Origin: an uncultured Clostridia bacterium
Lineage (GTDB): Bacteria > Bacillota > Clostridia > Christensenellales > DTU072
NCBI GenBank assembly: GCA_944372095.1
Contig: CALVYG010000049.1
Coordinates: 954 to 64,953, forward strand
DNA: 64,000 nucleotides
Direction of reading: 5' to 3'
Below are positions 49,882-56,980 of the stretch, in pieces. Position 1 is the first letter of the stretch. The number at the start of each line of letters is the position of its first letter. The notes under the pieces are model-generated. The model was not told the DNA's origin and searched no databases. It saw only the letters and a list, made by a program, of their open reading frames with translations. Position numbers and translations under genes: made by a program.

Positions 49882-50859
49882 CTATTTCCCTAAAATTTTT
49901 CCTATTTCGTATAATTCTTTGTCAAAGCAAGACTCGGTATTCAGCGCTTCATCGATATCGACGTCAATAATCTTATTGTTTTTAATCCCGACTGCTCTTC
50001 CGCCGATATTTCCTTTAATGAACAATTCAACCGCGCGGGCTCCGCACCTGGCCGCCAGCATCCTGTCACACATCGTGGGCGTTCCGCCGCGTTGTATGTA
50101 TCCTAATTTTACCGTTCTTATTGATATTTCTTCAATTTCTGCCAAAAGCTGCTCTTTTAATTCGGAACAACTGCAAACTCCTTCCGCCAGAATTATGATT
50201 ACCGATTTTTTGCCTTTAATTCTGTCAAGTTTTATTGTTTTTGCCAAATCTTTTACATTAAAAGGTATTTCGGGAACAAGAATAATTTCCGCCCCGCCGG
50301 ATATTCCGGAATACAAGGCTATATCACCACAGTGCCTTCCCATAACTTCTATAATACACGCTCTGTTATGTGCGGTCATTGTATCACGCACGTTATTAAT
50401 TGCACTGAGAACGGTGTTTACGGCTGTATCGAATCCGAGAGTAAAATCAGTGTACGCAAGGTCATTATCTATTGTTCCTGGAATTCCGACACAAGGAATT
50501 CCGAAATCTTTACTAAACTCATTCATTCCGGCAAGAGACCCGCCGCCTCCGATTACAACCAATCCGTCAATCCCGTATGCCTGTAAAACTTCATAGCCTT
50601 TTTGTCTGTATTCATATTCCAAAAATTGCGGGCAACGGGAAGTACGCAGTATTGTTCCGCCTTTCTGTATAATATCCGAAACAAATCTGGAATCGATTTT
50701 ATGTACTTCACCTTCAATCAACCCGGTATATCCGTCGTCTATGCCGTAACATTCTATTCCTGCAACCGAAGCACATCTTACAACGGCTCTGATAGCAGCG
50801 TTCATTCCGGGCGCGTCTCCACCGCTTGTAAGAATTCCTATCCTTTCTACTTTTGCCAT
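49882..50859 (-). CDS. pfkA: ATP-dependent 6-phosphofructokinase
   Basis: 325-aa ORF. Motifs are IGILTSGGDAPGMNAAIRAVVR, VIGGGGSLAG, GIPGTIDNDL and GYIQRGG. Confidence 0.9.
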   Translation of the reverse strand: MAKVERIGILTSGGDAPGMNAAIRAVVRCASVAGIECYGIDDGYTGLIEGEVHKIDSRFVSDIIQKGGTILRTSRCPQFLEYEYRQKGYEVLQAYGIDGLVVIGGGGSLAGMNEFSKDFGIPCVGIPGTIDNDLAYTDFTLGFDTAVNTVLSAINNVRDTMTAHNRACIIEVMGRHCGDIALYSGISGGAEIILVPEIPFNVKDLAKTIKLDRIKGKKSVIIILAEGVCSCSELKEQLLAEIEEISIRTVKLGYIQRGGTPTMCDRMLAARCGARAVELFIKGNIGGRAVGIKNNKIIDVDIDEALNTESCFDKELYEIGKILGK

Positions 50860-50962
50860 TATATAACTCCGTAAAATTTTTATAAATTATACCATTGATT
50901 TATATTCTAATCAAATCTTTAATAGCAAGAATTTTAAAATCAACGGAATTTTTTACGCTTTT

Positions 50963-52210
50963 TTATCTTATTTGTCCGTTTCCCTTTATTACATATTTGA
51001 CCGAAGTCAATTCTTTTAATCCTATCGGTCCTCTTACATGAAGTTTTTGAGTCGAAATGCCCATTTCCGCTCCGAGTCCTAACTCAAATCCGTCTGTAAA
51101 GCGTGTGGAAGCGTTTACATAGACGCAACCGGCATCAACTTCGGTTGAAAATTTTTCCGCGGCATCTTCGCTTGAAGTCACAATCGCTTCACTGTGGTTT
51201 GTTCCGTAACGGTTGATATGCTCTATAGCTTCGTCTATGCCGCTTACGATTTTAACTTTAATTATTAAATCGCTGTATTCGGTATAAAACTCAGGCTCGT
51301 CAATAATTTTCGTTCTGCCAAACAATTCCTTTACTTCCGATGTTCCTCTGATTTCTACACCTTTTTCTGTAAGCATTTTCAAACATTGCGGCAAAAATGT
51401 TTCGGCAACAGCTTTATCGACAAGTAGAGTTTCTGCCGCATTACATACCGACGGACGACTGATTTTAGCATTTTCTATAATTTTCATAGCCATTCCGTAA
51501 TCGGCACTTTTTTCCACATAAATGTGACAATTCCCTCCGCTGGACGCTATAACCGGCATCGCAGCTTCTTTAAGCACAAATTTTTTCAATTTTTCTCCGC
51601 CTCGCGGAATAACTACATCTATGTATGTTCCCGCATGCAACATATCGAGTGTTTTATCCCTGTCGGTGCTGTCGATAAAACCGATTATGTCGGGTGATAT
51701 TCCGCATTCTGTAAATGCTTTTTGCATAAACTCAACTAATTTTCTGTTGGAATTTATAGCTTCTTTTCCGCCTTTAAGTATTACGCCGTTTCCGGATTTA
51801 ATACAAAGCACTGCCGCATCGACGGTAACATTCGGTCTCGATTCGTATATGATACCCACTACTCCGAGCGGCGCATGAACCTTTTTCACTTCGAGCCCGT
51901 TTTTCAAAGTATAACTTTCTTCTACTTTCCCGACATAATCAGGCAAAGCTATTACATCGTCAATCCCATCGCACATTGATTTAATTCTTCCGTCCGTAAG
52001 AAGTAGTCTGTCTGCAAAAGCAGGATTCATTCCGCTTTTTTTACCCTCTTCGACATCAATTGCATTAACTTTTTTCAGTTCTTCCACGCCGGCAATTATT
52101 ATTTTTTTTATGGCAGACAACAATTCGTTTTTCTTTTCGGTGGAAACAGATAAAAAAGCATTGCTTGCCTTCTTCGTTTTCGCGCAAAGTGCTTCAACGT
52201 CAAAACCCAT
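50963..52210 (-). CDS. proA: Gamma-glutamyl phosphate reductase
   Basis: Motifs are IYESRPNVTVDAA and CNAAETLLV (catalytic Cys). The start is set at MGFDVEAL (ATG 52210, GGAGGA RBS). The 36 extra N-terminal residues in the track ORF overlap yebC. Confidence 0.88.
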   Translation of the reverse strand: MGFDVEALCAKTKKASNAFLSVSTEKKNELLSAIKKIIIAGVEELKKVNAIDVEEGKKSGMNPAFADRLLLTDGRIKSMCDGIDDVIALPDYVGKVEESYTLKNGLEVKKVHAPLGVVGIIYESRPNVTVDAAVLCIKSGNGVILKGGKEAINSNRKLVEFMQKAFTECGISPDIIGFIDSTDRDKTLDMLHAGTYIDVVIPRGGEKLKKFVLKEAAMPVIASSGGNCHIYVEKSADYGMAMKIIENAKISRPSVCNAAETLLVDKAVAETFLPQCLKMLTEKGVEIRGTSEVKELFGRTKIIDEPEFYTEYSDLIIKVKIVSGIDEAIEHINRYGTNHSEAIVTSSEDAAEKFSTEVDAGCVYVNASTRFTDGFELGLGAEMGISTQKLHVRGPIGLKELTSVKYVIKGNGQIR

Positions 52211-52214
52211 TATT

Positions 52215-52958
52215 TCATTCCTCCTCGTCTTCTTCGGGAAGAATTGCGTTGTGATAAACATTTTGCACATCGTCATTTTCTTCCAGCATACCGATAAGTT
52301 TTTCGATTTGAGGAACAAACTCCGGTTGAGGATTTATATAATCGTCCGGATAATATCCGACTTCAAAACTCAATATCCCGAGTCCTCCCTTTTCTAATTC
52401 ATCTTTAACCGAGTTAACATCCTGAGGTAAAGTATAAACTTCGTAAATATTATCGTCACCAACCACGTCATCCGCTCCTGCCTCCAATGCTATCATCATA
52501 ACGTCATCCTCAGTAACACCTTTCGGAGCTTCAACAACCACCAGGCCTTTTTTCTTAAACAAATACGACACGCATCCCGTACTGCCGAGAGAACCGTTAC
52601 ACTTATCAAAAGCATGTCTTACATCGCCTGCCGTACGGTTTTTATTATCGGTCAATGCCTCTACTATTACCGCTACACCGCCGGCGGCATACCCCTCGTA
52701 CTGCATATCTTCGTAATTAACGGTATTGAGTTCTCCGCTTGCCTTTTTTATTGAACGCATAATATTATCGTTCGGCATATTATTTTGTTTAGCTTTCGCT
52801 ATAACGTCACGGAGTTTTGAATTGCTGTTAGGGTCAGGCCCTCCGGCTTTTACGGCAACGGCAATTTCTCTTCCTATTTTTGTGAATATACTCCCTCTTG
52901 CCGCATCTGCTTTTCCTTTTTTGTTTTTAATATTTGCCCATTTACTATGTCCGCTCAT
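52215..52958 (-). CDS. yebC: YebC/PmpR-family DNA-binding transcriptional regulator
   Basis: MSGHSKWANIKNKKGKADAARG N-terminus. The ATG at 52958 is preferred over the GTG at 52964 (GGAGAG RBS spacing). Stop is TGA. Confidence 0.88.
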   Translation of the reverse strand: MSGHSKWANIKNKKGKADAARGSIFTKIGREIAVAVKAGGPDPNSNSKLRDVIAKAKQNNMPNDNIMRSIKKASGELNTVNYEDMQYEGYAAGGVAVIVEALTDNKNRTAGDVRHAFDKCNGSLGSTGCVSYLFKKKGLVVVEAPKGVTEDDVMMIALEAGADDVVGDDNIYEVYTLPQDVNSVKDELEKGGLGILSFEVGYYPDDYINPQPEFVPQIEKLIGMLEENDDVQNVYHNAILPEEDEEE

Positions 52959-52974
52959 ATACACTCTCCAAAAA

Positions 52975-53712
52975 TTAAATTAAATACATTGCTATCCCCG
53001 CACAGACAGCGGCATTTAACGACTCTACTCCGTTTGACATCGGAACAGAAACAAAACAGTCGGCAACTTTCCTTATTGTATCACTGATGCCGTGAGCTTC
53101 GCTACCTACAACCAACGCAACTTTACCGTCTTTTTTGTATCCATAGATACTGATACCAGACATATCAAGCCCGACTATCTTATAATCCGACACAAGTTTT
53201 ACGGCATTTTCTATTGTTGTCTCGATTATTTCAGTTCTGAATGTCCCGCCCATAGCCGCTCTCACGGCTTTTGGTGAATAGGCATCTGTACAATCTGCAC
53301 ATATAACGCTCTTAATACCACGCGCGGCAGCCGTCCTTATTATCGTTCCGAGATTGCCGGAATCCGAAATACCGTCAAGCACAAGAACTATCTCTCCGTT
53401 AACAAAGTTCTGAACATTTCTTTTTCCTACTACCGCTATAACCCCGGAAGGCGTTACCGTATCCGATACGGAATCGAATATGCTGTCTTTTACAATATAC
53501 GGTTCGATACTGAACTTCCTGCACAAAAATGTTAAAACATCTTTTTTGCTTTCCTTAATATATAATTCCTTTATTTCGAAATTTTCGGGAATATCTTTTA
53601 CCAGATTAACGCCTTCGGCAATAAATACGCCATATTCCTGACGCAATTTTTTATCCTTGTAAAACCCGCGCAATCTTTTTATTCCGTTATTCTGGGCAGA
53701 AGTTATTATCAT
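52975..53712 (-). CDS. TrmH/SpoU-family RNA 2'-O-methyltransferase
   Basis: 245-aa ORF with SDSGNLGTIIRTAAARG, ALVVGSEAHGIS and VESLNAAVCAGIAMY (SPOUT motifs). Confidence 0.8.
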   Translation of the reverse strand: MIITSAQNNGIKRLRGFYKDKKLRQEYGVFIAEGVNLVKDIPENFEIKELYIKESKKDVLTFLCRKFSIEPYIVKDSIFDSVSDTVTPSGVIAVVGKRNVQNFVNGEIVLVLDGISDSGNLGTIIRTAAARGIKSVICADCTDAYSPKAVRAAMGGTFRTEIIETTIENAVKLVSDYKIVGLDMSGISIYGYKKDGKVALVVGSEAHGISDTIRKVADCFVSVPMSNGVESLNAAVCAGIAMYLI

Positions 53713-53722
53713 ATTTAATTAA

Positions 53723-53751
53723 AAAGTGGTTACCTATGCCGTAACCACTTT
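53723..53751 (-). terminator. Intrinsic terminator after rplT
   Basis: Hairpin AAAGTGGTTAC-ggcatag-GTAACCACTTT followed by TTTAATT on the minus strand, 8 nt after the rplT stop. Confidence 0.7.
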
Positions 53752-53758
53752 TATTTTT

Positions 53759-54112
53759 TTATTTTACAACCGCTTTTGCCTTTTCACATAATTCGGCAAA
53801 TGCTTTCGGGTCGTTTATTGCTAAATCAGCTAAAATTTTACGGTTAAGGTCTATCCCGGCAGTTTTAAGCCCGAACATCAGTTTAGAATAAGAAATATCG
53901 TTTATTCTTGCCGCTGCGTTTATTCTCGCAATCCACATTTGGCGGAAATCTCTCTTTTTTAGTTTTCTTCCGACATACGCATACTGCATGGATTTCATTA
54001 CAGCCTGTCTTGCTATTCTGTATGAACGGGATTTTGATCCAAAATATCACTTTGCCCGTCTCATAATATTTCTTCTTTTCTCTACTGCCTTGACAGCCCT
54101 CTTCATTCTCAT
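53759..54112 (-). CDS. rplT: 50S ribosomal protein L20, interrupted by an in-frame TGA at codon 22
   Basis: ATG 54112 (GGAGG RBS 6 nt upstream) gives [71 protein letters not shown]...AKAVVK. It is collinear with L20 over the full 117 codons. The track only reports the C-terminal 79 aa. Confidence 0.85.
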
Positions 54113-54124
54113 GCGACACCTCCA

Positions 54125-54325
54125 TTATTTCTGACCGCTCATCAGCGTCGTCATTGTCTTTTGTTGCGTTGCGTCTACATATCCGCCTTTTCTGAGATTT
54201 CTAGTTCTCTTTGTCGTTTTTTTGTTAAGAATATGATTCTTGTTTTGTTTTGCTCTTTTGATTTTACCGGAAGCGGTAAGTCTGAAACGCTTCTTCGCAC
54301 CGCTGTGCGTTTTCATTTTCGGCAT
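54125..54325 (-). CDS. rpmI: 50S ribosomal protein L35
   Basis: 66-aa [27 protein letters not shown]..., located between infC and rplT. Confidence 0.92.
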   Translation of the reverse strand: MPKMKTHSGAKKRFRLTASGKIKRAKQNKNHILNKKTTKRTRNLRKGGYVDATQQKTMTTLMSGQK

Positions 54326-54356
54326 AATACCTGTTCTCCTTTATATTATAGTATAA

Positions 54357-54872
54357 TTATTTTTTTATCGGTGAGAGCATCATAAATACGCTCCTGTTCT
54401 CCGTCGTCGGCTTCTTTTCCATTGACGCCACATCTTTCACTTTTTCAAAGAAATTTTCCAAAACTGCCACACTTATTTCAGGATGTTCCTGTTGTCTTCC
54501 TTTCATTCTCAGGGATACTTTAACTTTATTGCCTTCTTCAAGAAATTCTCTTGTCTGTTTCGCCCTGACGTTTATATCTCCTATATCTATCGTTTGTGAT
54601 AGTTTAATTTCTTTAACCTCAATGACCTTTTGCGCCTTTTTTGCTTCTTTTTCTTTTTTTATCATATCGAAACGATATTTCCCGTAATCCATTATCTTGC
54701 ACACGGGCGGCTTTGCCATCGGTGATATGTTTACCAAATCCAAATTACGAAACTCGGCTATTCTCAGCGCTTCGCTTTTTGACATTATCCCGAGCTGTTG
54801 CCCCTTTTCGTCAATAAGCCGTACTTCTTTATCCACGATACTGTCATTTATCAATAATTCTTTAAAAATAAT
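54357..54872 (-). CDS. infC: Translation initiation factor IF-3, probable ATT start
   Basis: INDSIVDKEVRLIDEKGQQLGIMS and the C-terminal domain are typical of IF-3. The track start is TTG 54854. The frame is open upstream and has ATT ATT at 54872-54867, 5-8 nt after the GGGAGGG RBS (54884-54878). Confidence 0.85.
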   Translation of the reverse strand: MIFKELLINDSIVDKEVRLIDEKGQQLGIMSKSEALRIAEFRNLDLVNISPMAKPPVCKIMDYGKYRFDMIKKEKEAKKAQKVIEVKEIKLSQTIDIGDINVRAKQTREFLEEGNKVKVSLRMKGRQQEHPEISVAVLENFFEKVKDVASMEKKPTTENRSVFMMLSPIKK

Positions 54873-54885
54873 TACGTCCCTCCCG

Positions 54886-54990
54886 AATTAAAAAGATGTG
54901 CATAGATACACATCTTCTCCGTAAAATTATTTATATTACAGAAACCGTTACGCTCTTTGCTTCCGGTGAGACATGCATCTACTTTGTTGT
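54886..54990 (-). promoter_or_regulatory. Ribosomal-protein L20 leader-like 5' UTR of infC-rpmI-rplT, ending in an attenuator hairpin
   Basis: The ~100-nt leader lies between the promoter and the infC RBS. Its 3' end is AAGATGTG-tatctatg-CACATCTT (54916-54893) followed by TTTAATT. This is the arrangement known for the Firmicutes L20 leader. I did not verify the fold of the upstream part. Confidence 0.5.
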
Positions 54991-54991
54991 T

Positions 54992-55020
54992 ATATTATCA
55001 AAATTACTCTGCTTTGTCAA
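54992..55020 (-). promoter_or_regulatory. Promoter of the infC operon (TTGACA, 17 nt, TAATAT)
   Basis: Consensus -35 TTGACA at 55020-55015 and TAATAT at 54997-54992, immediately after the thrS stop codon. Confidence 0.6.
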
Positions 55021-55024
55021 GCAT

Positions 55025-56950
55025 TTACAGTGTTCTTTCCTCGATTTCTTTCAATAAAATCGATGAAAATTCTTCAAGAATCATTGTCCCCATATCTCCG
55101 GTTTTACGATTTCTTACGCTTACAACACCGTTTTCTTTTTCTTTATCTCCGATTATCAACATATAAGGAATTTTTTCAAGTTGAGCTTCTCTTATCTTAT
55201 ATCCGATTTTTTCGTTCCTTACATCAAATTCGGCTCTTATCCCTTTTTTTCTTAAAATATCAACGCAATTTTTAACTTCGTTTTCGGTTCTTTCCGTCAA
55301 ACTCAGTACTTTTACCTGGGTAGGACTCAGCCATGTCGGCAAGGCTCCTGCATATTTTTCAAGAATTAATGCAATCGTACGTTCATAACACCCTATCGAT
55401 GTTCTGTGAATAATATAAGGACGAACTTTATTGCCGTTTTCGTCTATGTAATTCATATCGAAATTTTCAGCAAGGAACATATCAATCTGTATTGTTATAA
55501 GCGTATCTTCCTTCCCGTGTACATTTTTTATCTGTATATCAAGTTTCGGACCGTAAAATGCGGCTTCGTCTTTTGCCTCGGTATATTTGACTCCAAGGTC
55601 GCTTAAAATCCTGGCCATTTCCGTTTCCGCTTTCTCCCATTTTTCAGGGTCATTGATATATTTTTCCATATTATCCGGGTCCCAGCGAGAAAATCTGTAT
55701 GAAACGTCTTCCGCAAGACCGACGCTTTCGAGACAATATTTCGCAAGTTCAAGACAACCCTTAAATTCCTGTTCCAACTGGTCCGGACGGCAAATCAAAT
55801 GTCCTTCGCTGATTGTAAACTGCCTTACTCTGATGAGCCCATGCATTTCACCGCTTGCTTCATTACGGAAAAGCGTACTCGTTTCACCGTATCTGAGCGG
55901 TAAATCCCTGTACGATTTCAATCCGTTATTATATATTGTATATTGGAACGGACAAGTCATAGGACGTAAAGCAAAGACTTCACCTTCCGCCTCGGGGTCG
56001 CCCATAACAAACATTCCGTCAAGATAATGGTCCCAATGCCCGCTTATTTTATATAATTCTCTTTTAGCCATATAAGGCGTTTTGGTTCTCAGATAACCTC
56101 TTCTTTCTTCTTCGTCTTCAACAAACCTCGAAAGTATCTGAAACAATTTCGCGCCCTTTGGCATTAACAAAGGCAATCCTTGACCTATTGTTTCGTCGGT
56201 CATAAAATAACCGAGTTCACGACCGATTTTATTATGGTCTCGCTTCTTCGCTTCTTCTATCGCAGCAAGATATTCTTCCAAATCTGACTTTTTATCAAAT
56301 GCCGTTCCGTATATTCTGGTAAGCATTTTGTTATGCTCGTCCCCACGCCAATAGGCTCCCGTTACGGACGTAAGTTTATACGCTTTTACATATCCCGTAG
56401 AAGGAATATGAGGTCCTGCGCATAAATCCGTAAAATCTCCTTGTGTATATGTGCTTATTATGCTTCCTTCCGGTAAATTTTCAATCAATTCTATTTTGTA
56501 AGGCTCTTCGGAAAATAGTTTTAACGCTTCTTCTTTCGATACTTCCTTACGTTCAATCGGATAATTCGCCTTTATGATTTTTTTCATTTCGCTTTCTACC
56601 AAAGAAACTTCTTCTTGTGTAAACGGCGAAGAAAAATCAAAATCGTAATAGAAACCGTTATCAATTGCAGGTCCTATTGCAACTTTTACGTCAGGTCTTA
56701 TATGTTTTACAGCTTGTGCAAGAATATGCGCCGCACTATGCCTGTATGCTTTTTTCCCGTCATCGTCTGCAAAAGTAAGAAATTCCACTTCCGCATCTTC
56801 ATTTACCGGACTACGTATATCACGAACTTTCCCGTTTACTCTTGCACAAAGAGCGACGCGCGTTAGCCCGTCGCTGATTGTTTTTGCTATGTCGTAAAGA
56901 GTCACCCCTTCGACAAATTCTTTAATTTCGTCTTTGAATTTAATTTGCAT
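55025..56950 (-). CDS. thrS: Threonine--tRNA ligase
   Basis: 641-aa ORF. It has an N-terminal TGS-like domain, the editing-domain motif RHSAAHILAQAV, the class II core (LRPMTCPFQ, FRNEASGEMHGLIRVRQFT) and a C-terminal anticodon-binding domain. Confidence 0.92.
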   Translation of the reverse strand: MQIKFKDEIKEFVEGVTLYDIAKTISDGLTRVALCARVNGKVRDIRSPVNEDAEVEFLTFADDDGKKAYRHSAAHILAQAVKHIRPDVKVAIGPAIDNGFYYDFDFSSPFTQEEVSLVESEMKKIIKANYPIERKEVSKEEALKLFSEEPYKIELIENLPEGSIISTYTQGDFTDLCAGPHIPSTGYVKAYKLTSVTGAYWRGDEHNKMLTRIYGTAFDKKSDLEEYLAAIEEAKKRDHNKIGRELGYFMTDETIGQGLPLLMPKGAKLFQILSRFVEDEEERRGYLRTKTPYMAKRELYKISGHWDHYLDGMFVMGDPEAEGEVFALRPMTCPFQYTIYNNGLKSYRDLPLRYGETSTLFRNEASGEMHGLIRVRQFTISEGHLICRPDQLEQEFKGCLELAKYCLESVGLAEDVSYRFSRWDPDNMEKYINDPEKWEKAETEMARILSDLGVKYTEAKDEAAFYGPKLDIQIKNVHGKEDTLITIQIDMFLAENFDMNYIDENGNKVRPYIIHRTSIGCYERTIALILEKYAGALPTWLSPTQVKVLSLTERTENEVKNCVDILRKKGIRAEFDVRNEKIGYKIREAQLEKIPYMLIIGDKEKENGVVSVRNRKTGDMGTMILEEFSSILLKEIEERTL

Positions 56951-56980
56951 AAATTGCCTCTGTTTTGTTATAGAATTATT

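Noticed and set aside
54047-54049. Alternative genetic code (UGA=Gly as in code 25, or UGA=Trp as in code 4) as the explanation for the TGA in rplT
   Set aside because: TGA sits at sensible gene ends here (tsaB 18504, tsaE 19036, the giant gene 20519, yebC 52215). More than 50 kb of coding sequence, including 13.5-kb and 9.3-kb ORFs, contains no other in-frame TGA. A reassigned codon would be used frequently. AGG also behaves as Arg at conserved sites (L20 K-R, TypA ERERGITI).
54047-54049. Selenocysteine insertion at the rplT TGA
   Set aside because: The position is an invariant Gly in L20, not a redox Cys. I see no SECIS-like hairpin immediately downstream, and no sel genes are in the window.
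53883-54125. 80-aa minus-strand ORF ([10 protein letters not shown]...) from the track
   Set aside because: It is an out-of-frame overlap of the rplT 5' region. The alternative frame gives a textbook L20 N-terminus.
56951-56980. T-box riboswitch upstream of thrS
   Set aside because: The intergenic gap is only 30 nt and contains just an RBS. I could not recognise a specifier or T-box sequence.
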